DNA from: the human T2T-CHM13v2.0 reference genome, Homo sapiens
NCBI GenBank assembly: GCA_009914755.4
Contig: CP086569.2
Coordinates: forward strand, 7,264,001 to 7,328,000
Length of the DNA: 64,000 nucleotides
Direction: 5' to 3'
Both the position numbers and the translations under genes were made by a program. A model generated the notes under the pieces. The model saw only the letters and a list, made by a program, of their open reading frames with translations. It ran no database searches and was not told the origin of the DNA. The first letter of the stretch is position 1, and each line of letters opens with the position of its first letter. This document shows positions 39,901 to 53,275 of the stretch, piece after piece.

Positions 39901-41445
39901 AACTCTGTGTTCTTCTGCGATGGATGTTGTGCCGCCTCAGTCCTTGTGCTCTTCATTCTCTGGTATCTTCTCAAGGTCCAGTTGCTGTGACTTCTTCTGC
40001 TGATGGTTCCACTCGATGTCCAGCTGCTGTTGACTCTCCCTGCTAGAGTCTCAGAGTTTCTTATAGCACAGGATGGGGGTATGGCAGGCCAGGGTGGTCT
40101 TGGAAAATGCAACACTTGGGCAAAAAAACAGAAGCGCATGTACTCACCATTTGGGCAAGAAAACAGAAGTGCATGTCCTCACCTAGGTCAGTAAGCATAG
40201 GCATAAGGGTGGAGCCCTAACCAAGAACCACACCCTCCACTACCAGGCACTTCCCTGTCCCCCATCCATATCAGTATTTTTTAAATTTAAAACTCCAAAA
40301 ATAGTACCCAAATCCTTTAAAGAAGATAATTGGAGAAAATGGCATTAGAAGAGCCAGTCTGGGATTAGGGTCACTATATGGAAAATGAAAGCACAGAGAG
40401 CATGTCCTGCAGGCCACGGAATCACTGCGGAAACATATCCCCTACTGAGAAGGAGAGGGAAACTAACTGGCTTCTCTCATCTTGTTCTCTAATCTCTGCA
40501 GTGTTACCCCTTGACTGAGCTGAAACAGGAAGAAATTTTTATGGGAGCCTAGGAACCCTGCTTCCCAGAGACCAGGCATCTCTGTTACAGAACAGTACTA
40601 GCAAGAGGTGAGTGATGTATCTGTGCACGTACAAACCCAGTACCTCACACAAAGGAGTATCAGAGACAAGTATATTATCAAGGGATCAAGAGAGAAGTAG
40701 TCTCAGGAATGATTCATGCATATTTGTGAAAAGACCAAAAAGTAAAATAGAGCTCATGAGGTAATAAACAACAAGAACGTAAAGAAAAACAGGCAAAATT
40801 GTAAAGTCCAGGGTATTTACCTTTCCTTTATAGGATTCTGAAAATCCTTTCCAGAATCCTTTTTCCAATATCTTCCATTCATGGATTCATTCAAGAAATA
40901 TGTATTGAGCTAGTATGGTATAAGAATTGGGCAAATGGCATCATATACACTGTTAGTACTTCTATTACTGATAGAAAGAATGTTTCTTTTTTTTCTACAA
41001 TGTTTTTCTCCCAGACATTCTTCTTACAGATTGGTATCCTTACAGATGCAGTCAATCGTTCCTGCCCTAAGAAGGTTCCCCAAACCCCTGTAAACCCGGT
41101 TAAGAACTTACTTCCTCTCCAATTAAGTTACTAAATTGTTTCTATTGTAACACTTGTCAGAGTACATTGCAATTTTTGCTCTTCTCTCATCGTCCAATTA
41201 AACTATGAATATTTTGAAGGAAAAGTCTATAAACACAATGGCTTGACATTTGTCAATATTTATTGTATAAAAGGTTATTAGATATTTATATATAATAGTC
41301 TAACATATTTATCCTAATTTTTGGAAAACAATGTAAACAATGTTAATTGACCATTCCCCATGAATTGCTCAACTTAAACAATGTCTATGCTTTTGAAGCA
41401 ATTATACAAACTTCCAAAAGACATCTGAAAGAGTTTTTATTTCAA

Positions 41446-41728
41446 TTTTTTTTGTTGTTGTTATATTGAATTATTTTGTAGAGACAAAGTCTTACGCCTT
41501 GGCCCAGGCTGAAGTGCAGTGTGTGATCACAGCTCACTACAACCTTGAACTCCTGAGTAAACAGAACAACAGATGTGTGTCATCATGCCCAATTCATTTA
41601 ATTAATTAATTACATTTGTAGAGATAGGTCTTGTTATGTAGTCTGTGCTGGTCTTGAACTCTGGGCTTGAAGCAATCCTCCCTTCTCAGCCTTCCAAAGG
41701 GCTGTGATTCCAGGCATGAACCACCAGA
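41446..41728 (-). mobile_element. Old Alu (AluJ-like), antisense
   Basis: ttttttgttgttgttatattgaattattttgtagagacaaagtcttacgccttggcccaggctgaagtgcagtgtgtgatcacagctcactacaacc...cttccaaagggctgtgattccaggcatgaaccaccag. Confidence 0.8.
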
Positions 41729-44700
41729 ACTCAATGAAAAAAATTTAGATTTTAGAATATTACAATATGGTAGACTTAATTTCTTCTTTCAATTTTGCAT
41801 TTTTAGTGGCACTTGAGAATAATTATTTCTTAGGGGGAGAGTGTGACTTCTCATATTTGGTCCAAATTTTGAAATCTTTATTCTGTTTACTTAAACCCTA
41901 ATAACTGGTAGTCAAGTCAGTTGACAGTCAAGTACATGGGTGTTTTTGTGTTGAGGTTATGAAGACAAATGTAGAGAGATATTAAGAACCAAAGACATTT
42001 ATTTTTATATATGCTAAAGCTTTACCTCACCGGCGAGGCATCATACATGGCACAGATAGTTTTATAAAATACCCTGAAATACATACTTTAGTAACCAGTT
42101 CTGCACTTGCAATTTCCCAACTTTGTTTTCATCAGGAGTTAATTACGTATGGCACTTCAAGTAAGTGAACAAATGTTTGAATTGCTGTGAGTTATTTTAG
42201 TCATTGCTCAGCTAACCATTTAAGTTATCAAAGATATTTACTTGTACAGTATCATAAATGCTGGACATTAAAAATTAATCAACAGGCTTAGCTGCCATCT
42301 AATATGATATTTTTCGTAAAATAACAGCAGTAATTATGCCAAAAGATAGTCATTCCTGTAGTTTTAGCCATTATAGCAGTTTCCACCTGAGGATTTCACA
42401 GAGTCCAGATATGGGCAACAGTGATTAACATAATAGTTATTAGTGAGAAGATATTTTGATACATCTAGGCATGTTTACATGTCAGTGCCTATACGGGACG
42501 GGTTTGGCATATTAATAAGAAAGGGTGCATTGGACTGAATACTAAGAAATGTATTGAGGTTTTTTTTGCCCTTTATAACATGAAAGGTCAATTGGAGATA
42601 TAGAAACAATGGAACATTTCGCAGCATGGCCTGACATTTCACTGCACTTTTTTAAACCACGTACCTTAAATATGCAAAGGTAGGACTGTTATAAGACGAA
42701 AGTGTTGGAGTCAGAGGTCACAATCCACAGCAAGGTGATAGTCTCTTGTGGATGGCCCCCTGAGTGCTGAATTAGAGTGAGAATCAACTTTCAGGCTGCC
42801 AGCAGTGGACAAGGAGAATGAAGCTATCAGCAGTTAATTCAATTCAATTATTGGATTAATTGAAATGAATGTTGACAGAGATTTTGTTGGCTTTACATCA
42901 AATTGAGTGTAGTACTTCAAATTGAGTATTTGATAAGAGTAAACTCTTACCACATTTCCCACATGTAAAATTGAGGATTAATGAAAAGATTACATAACCC
43001 ATACATTATGAGTAGCTCATATAAATTTGTATGCACATGTGCAAACTTACAGCGTGCAAATATTTGTCTATATCTAAATATATCCAAATCCATTGATGAA
43101 CGTTAGAAATTTTGAAATTATTCTCCCATTTTACCATTCCTTTTCCTAGAATTTTGTCATAAATACAATTTTTCCATCTGTTTGAAACTTACTTTCTGGA
43201 GGCATGTAATGTATGGATACAGTAAAGCTGTGAGATATTACAGGGTTTGTATCAGAGAAAATAATAAAACTGGTGTTATAAAAAAGCCATTTTGAGGAGA
43301 AATTTATACTTCACAGGACTACAAATACAGAAGTATTGTTTCATCGAAAGTTGATGTCAGTCAATACAATTTATTTTTATGTTTTATTTCAAATATGTAA
43401 TCTCAGAAGGATTGCTTGAGAAGAATAATGTTATTGATAATAAATAATGATTAAGAATTTCCTTTAATTTGTTTATTATTTAAAATTTAAGTAAAATACT
43501 AAAAAGTAGTGTATAATGTAGTTTCATGAAGCATTCTCTATGGTTTTTGTAAAATTAATAGTCTCAATGGAATTTTTTACACAGAGAAATTTCCTTATAT
43601 CATTTTATTATTGTACTTTCACTTTATTACTTGCTTGCATGTTGTAACTCATAGAAATAAAAATATTTTTATTTATACATGGATTTTTGTTTATGTTTTC
43701 TAGTGAGAGAAAGACACCAATAATTTTATCTATATAGGAAAATTTGGACAAGCCCAAAGTTCTTAACTTTCTTTTCTTTGGAAGTTTCATACTTAAGTGT
43801 AGGTATGAGATGGACTTGACTGTGATCATTTTTTGATTTCACTATGACTACTGAGTTTCAGATATAGTGTTACAAATGTATAGACTTAAAAGCGTGCTTT
43901 ATTCTTCTTCTTCTCCTTTTGGACCTGTACATGTGATACCTGCAGTAATGTGCACCATTATCTGAAATGAGGTTGCTGAAAGATGCAAGCATAAATGGAA
44001 TTCTTTATTTCTGTGAACCTTTAGGAACAGACAAGTAAAACTGAAAGATAATTATAAGATTAATTTAAGTCTGTAGTTTCTCACAGAAGTACAGTAAGGG
44101 TGAAAACATATTTAAAAATACTTGCCTAATCCAAAACATGTTGTAGGGAAGTGAAAAATTTAATTTGACATAAGGAACAGTTTAAAAGTTATGATTATTT
44201 TTGGTGACAGTAAGTTGCACTAAAAATCCTATTTTCCCTGTTTTAATACATGAAACTATTAATGTATCTTCACGCTCCAAAAAGAGTTAACTCTAACTTA
44301 AGCAACAACTTTATGGCCATTTCAAACAGTGGGTGCATCATCTTAGAATTTCTCCAAGAATCTTTTGGGAGAAATCTAATCTAATCTAGCTCTATAAACA
44401 ATTAAATTAATAAAATTATTATGACTGTAGCTTCACAATTTCATTGTCCTTCTCTTTTCAGTTTTTACATATTATTTTTAAAATTCAAAAGCCCCTAGGA
44501 AGCATATGATAAATAACAATGACTGAAACAGCTGAAAAATGAAAACTAAGCAGCAGACACATTTCAAGATTTCCTTTATGAGAATGCTATGTTAACCATG
44601 TGATATACACATGGTGTAAATCACCGTGAGAAAATAATATTCGGGTAGCACTTGACAGTTTATCCAATAACAGCAAATATTCTCATTTGACCTTCAAAAG

Positions 44701-45159
44701 ATTTTTAAACTCGTGTTTCATAAATGATGAAAATGTGATTGAGTAATACAAATCAGAGCTGTTACATCTCATTAGGAACATGTCGGAGCCAATAAAGCAA
44801 AGGCATGAGTTTTCTTCTGGAGGGAAGAAGGCAACATTTATTAAGACCATGAGTCTTATTTTTTTACATTTCATCATTTATCAATGTTTTATCAAAATTG
44901 TTTCCCTTATTTCCAGTTATATTTCCTTTATTTGCCTATTACAGCAGTTACAACACTTATTATTCATTTATCTCTGTGCCTGTTACTGCTGCACACTCAG
45001 AAGAGCAAGGACTATATTTTTCTGAGCTTCTTGCAGACTGCCAGGCTTATTGTGGCATTTAGACACTATCTGCTGAATGTTTGTGACATTTTCATTTAAG
45101 TTACATTGTAGGCCACTTGATACTAATTTTCTATTTCGTATTTGGGTTTGGAGAGTTAT

Positions 45160-45487
45160 TTTTCCTTTTTAAGTTTTTTTTTCTTTTTTTGTTTTATTAT
45201 ACTTTAAGTTCAAGGGTACATGTGCACAACGTGCAGGTTTGTAACATAGGGATACATGTGCATGTTGGTTTGCTGCCCCCATCAACTTGTCATTGACATT
45301 AGGTATTTCTCCTAATGCTATCCCTCCCCCAAACCCCCACCCCACAACCGGCCCCAGTGTGTGATGTTCCCCACCCTGTGTCCATGTGTTCTCATTTTTG
45401 AACTCCTACTTATGAATAAGAACATGCGGTGTTTGGTTTTCTGTCCTTGTGATAATTTGCTTAGTATGGTTTCCAGCTTCATCCATG
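45160..45487 (-). mobile_element. L1 3' end (antisense) with poly-T, the 3' arm of a twin-primed L1 insertion
   Basis: tttttttctttttttgttttattatactttaagttcaagggtacatgtgcacaacgtgcaggtttgtaacatagggatacatgtgcatgttgg...ctatccctccccc...gaacatgcggtgtttggttttctg...ggtttccagcttcatccatg. Confidence 0.85.
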
Positions 45488-45596
45488 ACCGTGCAACCAC
45501 AATGAGATACCATCTCATCCAGTTAGAATGATGATCATTAAAATGTCAAGAAACAACAGATGTTGGAGAGGATGTGGAGAAATAGGAATGCTTTTA
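45488..45596 (+). mobile_element. L1 ORF2 segment in sense orientation directly abutting the antisense L1 3' arm, the inverted 5' arm of a twin-priming event
   Basis: accgtgcaaccacaatgagataccatctcatccagttagaatgatgatcattaaaatgtcaagaaacaacagatgttggagaggatgtggagaaataggaatgctttt matches L1 accactatgagataccatctcacaccagttagaatggcgatcattaaaaagtcaggaaacaacaggtgctggagaggatgcggagaaataggaacactttt. That L1 segment maps about 200 bp upstream of the 3' arm. Confidence 0.8.
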
Positions 45597-48500
45597 AGTT
45601 TTTTAAAGTATATTTTAAGGATATACTTATCTGAACGTGGAGTGGACAGTGAAAGTCGTGGTCAGTGGGACCTCCAAAAGAGGCACCCCATTCAAATTGG
45701 AGGCTCCTGCAGGAGAGGGCAGCCAGGGCATGCAGCGCGGAGGCGCCCTTGTGGGAGGAGAAGGTGCTGGTGGTGGACGACATCATGGCGGTGGTCCACG
45801 TCGTGGTTGAGGAGAAGGCTGACATGGAGAGGCAGGAGGAGGACCAGCAGACAGAGCCTGTCCGCGGCCCCAGCACACCCTAGCCGGCAACAGACTCGCT
45901 GGAGGTCCTTCACTTGGAGCTGCACTCTGTGGATGCCCCAGGCCGCATGGTCTGCCCGCGGCTGAGACGGAAGCTTTGGCAGAAGCACCTGCCCGGCCTG
46001 GAGGGCACAGGGGCCATTAGCCAGGGCATCTCCGGCTTCTGGGCCAGAGCCATATCCTTGCAGCTGCCCATTCGGGATGACTGGCAGCAGGGGGTGCGCG
46101 ACGGGCTACAGGGGGCGGGGAACAGGGGATCCAGTCCAGGGGCACACGGGGTCAGCCAGGAGGCAGGGCATGGGGGACAGCGAGGGGAGCAGAGGCCAGG
46201 CTCCTGCAGATAGGAGGGCAGCCTGCTTGCAGGTGCCCTGAGAGCATGTGGTACGGACTGGGAGCCAAGCTTAGCACTCACAAAGGAGAAAACTGGCGCC
46301 AAGGACCCTTCATGCACAACCGTAAGTTGAAGGGTACGTTTCCCTGGGAAAGTCCTTGGAGGAAGGAGAGTCTGCAAGGCCATACCAGTCATGGAACCAC
46401 CCCCACTCCCCATTTCAGTGTCCAGCATCCTCACCCCAGAAACACAAGGTGCTCAAGACTCGGGTTCACAGTGCATGTGGCTGCTGTCCTCTGCAAGGCA
46501 GCCACCAGCTCCCCAGAAAGGCTTTCTTCCCTCTACCTGCATTGCACCCAAAGAGCTGTAGGCCCTGAGCATACATAACCTCCATTGCACACAAGCCTTC
46601 ATTGCATACACGCGAGCCCCATGATGAACGCCAGGCACAGCACTGTAGTCCCTTCTACTCACTGAGGTTCCCTCAAGTGGACACGCCCACCCAACAGGGA
46701 GACCAGGAGAAGAGGGGAAAGCACACCTAGATACCCTCAGCAGAGCCTGTCCAGCAACTGGAACGCAAGGGCCACGTGCAGCTCAGGAACTCTGAAGAAA
46801 CGGCCTCACACCACAGCACCCTGTCTACTTGTGATCCCCGCTTGTTGTTGGCAGAGGCTTTCTGGGCCTCTCTCCACCCACCCACAAGACCACCACACCC
46901 ACTACCATGCCCCCCATGCCAGACAGAGACAGGACCACCAGTGCAGGGTGCCAGGCCAAAGGTCTGGGGGAAAGCCCTACCCAACACTCTCCCAGCTCTT
47001 GAAAAGTAGCAGGGTGTTTCCTGGCATGCCCACCCAATCATCTGGAGGTTCCTTGACCAGAGGCAGATAGTGCCGCACACCCAGAGGTCGGCCAGGTTCA
47101 GAAACCATGAGGAAGTCCTGCTAAGTAAGCTACAGGATGGATTTGCAGATCAGGCTGGGGAGCATGGGTCTGGGGTAAGGGTCAAAGGTCCTGGTCAGTT
47201 TGAGGTCCTCCCTGGGTCCGGGAGTGTCTCAGCAGGAGAGCTGGAAAGGGGAAACACATGCTTCACCCAGGCCATCAGGCCCTAAGCCTAGCTAGATGAA
47301 ATGGTCTCTTTGAGTCTTTCCTCTTCTTGGCCTGGCAGGTGGAAGAACTCAGCCATTCCTGGTACCAGCGGCAGGAGGCTAGGCCTCGCATGAGTCTTCC
47401 AGACTCCTCTTGCCCCAGGATACATAGCTTCTGGCTCTACTGTAGTCCAGTCATTTTAGAGTCATGCAGGAGAAGCCCCAGCTTCAGGCAGTACACAGAC
47501 TAACTGAGCTTCTTCAGTGGGTTGACTGACCATGACCACTCAGGGTCAGCCAGGATTGCTGAGGTGTAGGGTGCTGTGGGGCATCATGGCTAAGGTCCTT
47601 TCTAGTCTTTCCTTGACGTCTGGGGAACTGGCTTTGAACTATGACCTGGCCAGTCACAGACCCCTTTCCGCAGCCCCCCACGTCATCAGTCAGGGCTTCT
47701 GTCTCAATCCCTGCAGCACTACGGGAAGGAGTTAGGCCCTCAGAGAGGGAACAGAGAGGAAACCAGGTAAGCAGCCCAGGGCTGGGGACTCAGAGGCCTG
47801 TGGGTCCTGGAGCTGGGGCACACATGGAGAACTCAAGGTTCAGGGAGGAGCCTGCAGTGGGAAATCTCAGGCCATCCCTGGGCTGGGGTATAAAGGCCCA
47901 TCAGGGAACTGAAACACTCATATTTCAGAATTGGGGAACCTGAAGTTGCCTAAGAGGCAGAAGTGGCGAAGATCAATGGGTGAGAAGCAAGGCTCAATGG
48001 ATAGCTGCCTCATCATCCTTCTCCGGGTCCCTTCCGTGCCTTGAGGCCTGCTAGCACCTGGGGCTCAGTTTGGGCTGAACTAGGGCCCTCTTACCCTCCA
48101 CAGAGAGGTGCACACGAGGCGCACCTAGGTCTATGTCCTTCTAGAATGGCCAGCCCTATCATGATCTGTTTCAATGACCCCAGGCTCCCCTGACATTCTT
48201 TCTCCCCTCTGCCATCCTCACTCATGCTGCCCGAGCCCCGAGACATTACCTATGACATTAAAAAAAGACATAAAATTTGTAAAATGCCTTAATAGTAGAG
48301 ATGCAGATAAAGTATTTTATTATTAAAAAATGCTCTTCCTCCTTACCTGTATCAAAGTCTTTTTCATGATGGGGGAAGTATGCAACATACTTTGATAAGT
48401 TAGAAAAGTATAAAAGTAAAAATAAATCCCACTATTGAGGATCAATTAAATGGCAGGGGAACTTCTGTGTGTGTCCAGAGAGGGAATGTGGCTGAGCATT

Positions 48501-50128
48501 AAGGCTCACCTGAGTATTGGTGTAGACACCCAGTTTCCCTCATGCCAGTGTGAGTGTAGGCATGTTCCAGCCTGTGTGTCTGAGCTGGTGCACGTGTGTG
48601 CACACCTGTGCCTGTGTACCTTTGTGTACCTTGGTTTGGGGAGGACCCACACTCCCGCCACAGGTGTATCTCAAATTCAGCTTTTGAGCTGGCAAGCAGG
48701 GTGCTGCCAGGTTTGGCAATCCAACTTCAGGACCATGAAGCCTGCACACTAGGGAGACGTGAAGAGTCCTTGTGGTTCTCAAAAATGGCAGAAGGAGGAG
48801 GAAAAGGTTGGCTGGCGCAAGCTACCTAGAGGAGATATCATGGACCTGAAATGACAACCGGAGGGAAATAAAACCTAATAGCTCCTTGTGTCTCCCTGTG
48901 TGTTTGGTCGGGGAAGGCGGGCATTCAGGGAAGAAGCAATGGAATCTGTGGGGCTTTGGGATTCGCTGTCCAGGAATCCCTGTGCACCAAAGAGTGTCCA
49001 GCCCATGAGACAGGAGGACAGCAAGTGGGTCCAGCAGGGCCTGAGTCTCCAGAGAGGCTAGCATTCTCCCCACGAGGGCGTGGGTCAGTAGGTGAAGGAG
49101 AAACCCGGGCTGCAGGGTGAGGTAGATGAGACACTTATCACTTAGCCAGGTGGGAGCACAGGGGAGGGCCTGGTGAGCAGCGGCCTAATTGGCCGGTGAC
49201 ACCCTGTTCCAGTGCTGCATGTGCACACACAAGCTTCGCCCCGCACATCCTCTCCAGGGTGCCTCAGCTGGGCAGATAGGAAGCAAGGCACACAAGATCC
49301 TAAGCTTATGGTCATGAGTGGACCCAGAGCAGGTTCCCCAGGATCACTGGTTCCAGGAGAGGCTGGCATGCAGGGTCTCTTCAGGACAGGGATAAAAATG
49401 CATAAGCCCAGCTCTCCACCTGGCGGGTGTCTTGCCCTGATGATGTCAGCCATGGCAGATACAGCTCTTCCACGTAGATTGCAGATCCACAGGCTTACAA
49501 CTTCCCCCTGGCATTCTCCAGGATGGGTCCCTGGACCCTGGACGAGCCAGTGCCCCACCGGTGTTTCCTCCCAGCCTTCAAACTCACAGAAGGCTCATTG
49601 ATAACTCTCCTTCTAGTACATGGACACCCACAGGAACTTTCAACAACTCAGGACTGTTGTATGTTGCGGGGTCCTGCCACCTTACCCAGCAGTGGGAAAA
49701 TGGGAAGAGAAAGAGCTGGAATGGACAGAGCAGAGGCCACAATCCTAACCCTCCCTCATGGCAAGGGAATGGTGGGATCCTTCCCAGCCCAGGAAGCTGC
49801 TTCCCAAGCATCCCTGGAAGCCCAGCACAAGCCGAGGGATTCACTCAGCCACAGCTGGGCATGGGGGATTTCAATGTGTGCCAGAGACCTGGATCCTAGT
49901 CGCCCTACTAGGTGTACTTCTCCTCCAGGTCACATTATGCTGACACCCTCCTTAACCCAGATGGACTCCTCATCCTCACCACATGGTGTTGGCTGGAAGA
50001 GTTACTCCTGGTGGCCCAGCCACTGTTTCAAGGTACAGAGAGTGACCAGCAGTCCCCTGATTCCTGGTCCTCCTGTCCAAGTAATATCCATAGAAATAGT
50101 AAAAGAGTGGCACATTAGACATCATGAC

Positions 50129-50422
50129 TTTTTTTTTTTTTTGAGACGGAGTCTCGGTTTGTCGTCCAGGCTGGAGTGCAGTGGAGCAATCTCGACTCAC
50201 TGCAAGTTCTGCCTCCCATGTTCATGCCATTCTCCTGCCTCAGACTCCCAAGTAGCTGGGACTACAGGTGCACGCCACTGTGCCTGGCTAATTTTTTGTA
50301 TTTTTAGTAGAGATGGGGTTTCACTGTGTTAGCCAGGATGGTCTCGATGTCCTGATCTCGTGATCCACCTGCCTTGGCCTCCCAAAGTGCTGGGATTACA
50401 CAGGCATGAGCCCCCACACCCG
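50129..50422 (-). mobile_element. Alu SINE (AluS/Y-like), antisense
   Basis: tttttttttttttgagacggagtctcggtttgtcgtccaggctggagtgcagtggagcaatctcgactcactgcaag...cccaaagtgctgggattacacaggcatgagcccccacacccgg. Confidence 0.9.
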
Positions 50423-51660
50423 GTGACCTCATGACGTTTTTAAGGTTGACCTCTTTATAAGCATTTCATCCAGATATTTATGAGTTTATCTCATTTATTT
50501 ATTTATGGCTCTCATTTCAAAATCTATTTTTGCTTGAGAGTTGTTTCAACAGATAACCAAATGGTTGGCGCTATGACACATAGGTTTCAAGCTTAAAAGT
50601 CTGTATCTGCTATTATGTTGGGTAAAACCCATCCAGTACTTACAAAAATAAGTAATTATTAGGCATGGCCACTGTAGTGGTCTAAAACACACTTTGAAAT
50701 TCTCTGCAAACCCATTTGAAAAAACATTCCTGATGTGACTGAACACAGTACTTGCTTGTAATGAATAGAAAACAGTGCAAGCATTTTCTGGATACTGGTC
50801 CACCTCTGGCCTAGGTTAGAAAAGGTGACATAGCTCTGCCTAAGTCTCCTGCTCTCAGGGGGACAAACCCCTCAGGAGCCCCTGACCAGTACATCATGAA
50901 GTCTAACACCCTGATAACACTATGCAGAAGGGACATCCCATGGAGAGACTCACAGAAATAGAAGGAGATGCCTGAGGATCTCAGCGGTCCAGCCCCTGCT
51001 ATTTGAGTTATGCTAGCCATGGCACCAGGGAGATGAGAAGACATCTGTCAATGTCCCCATCCTTTGCCATCACTAGATTGCATTCTCCTGAGTGCCCCTG
51101 AACCACAATCGTTTGGCTGAGAGACTGTAGGAGACTGCAGAGACTGACAGTTAGTAAGTTATAATTATAGTTTTCAGCCACTAAGTTTTAGATAATTTTA
51201 AAAAGCACTTTCAACTCCTAGAAAAACTGAGTTGTCTACTGAGTAATTCTGGAGAACTTTAAAGGCCAACATCATATATGTTAATAACCTGGAAAAGTCA
51301 AACCATCAAGGCTCTTCTAAATACAACAGATCTTTAATGTCCCTTTGCTGTGGCTGGAGAATAATCTAACATGTATCTGAGAGAGTATTTTGAAGGCCTC
51401 TGTTCACATCTCTTGGCTGGGTATGGGTCAACTCTGGTCTGCTTTAATTCTAGACAACTGCAGCAACTCATCTTTCATTTTAGGTCCTGGCCTACACTGA
51501 TCTTTTGATCACTGACTGTGTCTGTGTCTGTGTGTGTATGTTTTGTGTGCTAGCATATTTTATCTGAAGGCACTAAATAATAGTACTATAGTTGTTTCAT
51601 AAACAAAAAGCATTCCAGGAAGACAATATTGCTTATCAACTGAGCTTTAACACAGATATG

Positions 51661-51968
51661 AGGCAGGTCAGGGAGACTCACACCTGCACTCCCAGAAGTT
51701 TGGCAGGCTGAGGTGGGTGGATCTCTTGACGTCAGGAGTTTGAGACAAGCCTGGCCAACCCGGCAAGATCCCATGTCTAATATCATGCCAAAGCTATCCG
51801 GGCTTGGTGGCCCATGGATGTAACCCCATCTACTCAGCAGGCTGATGCAGGAGAATCCATAGAACCCCGGGGATGGAGTTTGCAGTGAAGTGAGATCACA
51901 TCTCTGTGCTCCAGCCTGGACACCAGAGTGAGACTCTGTCTCAAAAATAAAAATAAAATAAAATATTA
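51661..51968 (+). mobile_element. Old Alu (AluJ-like), sense
   Basis: aggcaggtcagggagactcacacctgcactcccagaagtttggcaggctgaggtgggtggatctcttgacgtcaggagtttgagac...ctccagcctggacaccagagtgagactctgtctcaaaaataaaaataaaat. Confidence 0.85.
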
Positions 51969-52010
51969 AACTAGATAGGAGAGATTACTGACGAGAGAAA
52001 TGCATAAAAC

Positions 52011-52317
52011 TGGGTGGGCATTTTGGTTCACACCTGGAATCCCAGCATTTTGAGAGGCTGAGGGGGGTGAATCACTTGAGGACAGGAATTCGAGCCCAGT
52101 CTGAGCAAACATTGTGAAACCTGGTCTCTAATAAAAATACAGAAACAAAAAGGTAGCCAGGATTGATCAGGATTGATGTCATATGCCTACAGTTGCAGCT
52201 ACTCAGGAGGGTGTGACTGGAGAATTGCTTGAACCTGGCATGGGGAGGTTGCAGTGAGCCAAGATCATGCCACTGAACTCCACCCTAGATGACAGAGCAG
52301 GATTCCATCTAAAAAAA
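52011..52317 (+). mobile_element. Old Alu (AluJ-like), sense
   Basis: ctgggtgggcattttggttcacacctggaatcccagcattttgagaggctgaggggggtgaatcacttgaggacaggaattcgag...gcagtgagccaagatcatgccactgaactccaccctagatgacagagcaggattccatctaaaaaaa. Confidence 0.85.
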
Positions 52318-52500
52318 TATCAAAGAGAGAAACAGAGATAGAGAAAAAAGAAAGGCGGGCGAGGGGAAAGATAGAGGGAGTGGGGATGGAGTGGGGAGGG
52401 ATGGGGGAGAGAGTGAGAGAAAATGGAAGAAAAGAAGGAAGGAAGGATGGAAGGAAGGAAGGATGGAAGGAAGGAAGGAAGGGGAGAAAAGAAAAACAGA
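52318..52500. repeat. GA-rich simple repeat including a (GGAA)n/(GGAAGGAT)n core
   Basis: gaaggaaggaaggatggaaggaaggaaggatggaaggaaggaaggaagggg, plus a flanking GA-rich tract. Confidence 0.85.
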
Positions 52501-52940
52501 ATGAATGGCATAAAACCCAAAGGAAATAAATAAAAATAAAAACTTGCCATTTTGCCCCTTATCCACATGAATTTTGAACTATGTTTAAAATAGTATTTAG
52601 GTCTCTAATGGACTAATTGAAACTTTAAAATAAGCTGGTGTATATTGTCAAAATTACTCACATAACTATGGTGTTAACTAAGATTCTTGTAGTTTTCAAC
52701 AACGAAATCTAATTGACATTTGTCATCAAATCACAAACTACCAAGGTCAGGGTAGTCTCTGTTATGCTGCCTAAACTATTCTAAATTAAAAATGAAATCA
52801 AATCTGCAAGAGATTTTATAGTTACCTTTACCAGTAAAGACTCTTTTAAGTTTCCTGACTTGCGGAGGATTTTATTTCCACAGTTTTGATGGCTCTGGCA
52901 GAAAGCCTTCTTGATCCAAACTCACCCCTTATCATCACAG

Positions 52941-52969
<29 letters not shown>
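52941..52969. repeat. (TA)14 microsatellite
   Basis: tatatatatatatatatatatatatatat run. Confidence 0.95.
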
Positions 52970-52972
<3 letters not shown>

Positions 52973-53147
52973 CAGGGATTAAGGGGAAAGAGCATCAAAA
53001 CCCATTGCTTTCCTGCACTGGTTCCCATGTACAAGCAAATGTGCTGTGTTACTATCAAATATTCAAATATTTGATGAAGGAAATTTGTGTTTCCAAACTG
53101 TAAAACAAAAATATTACTATCAGTTGTATTTTCACTATTTATTTACT

Positions 53148-53275
53148 TAGAGGCGGGGTCTTGCTCTGCCACCAGGCTGAATCACACATCACTGTAATAT
53201 CAGACTTTTGGGCTCATAGGCTCCTCCAACATCAGCCTCCCAAAGTACTGAGATTACAGACTTGGGCCATTTTAC
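53148..53275 (-). mobile_element. Alu-monomer-like (FLAM/FRAM-type) fragment, antisense
   Basis: gaggcggggtcttgctctgccaccaggctgaatcacacatcactg...catcagcctcccaaagtactgagattacagacttgggcc resembles an Alu half in reverse. Subfamily uncertain. Confidence 0.45.

Noticed and set aside
45528-46434. Cluster of 100-175-aa ORFs on both strands just after the L1
   Set aside because: It begins inside the L1 sense fragment and continues into GC-rich sequence with mutually overlapping frames. I recognise no motif or homologue. It is treated as an unexplained non-coding GC-rich block (see the findings) rather than as genes.
49523-50332. 269-aa + strand ORF, the longest in the window
   Set aside because: Its 3' third runs straight through an antisense Alu (50129-50422), and its 5' part is GC-rich sequence open in multiple frames. 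There is no start context, no motif and no homology.
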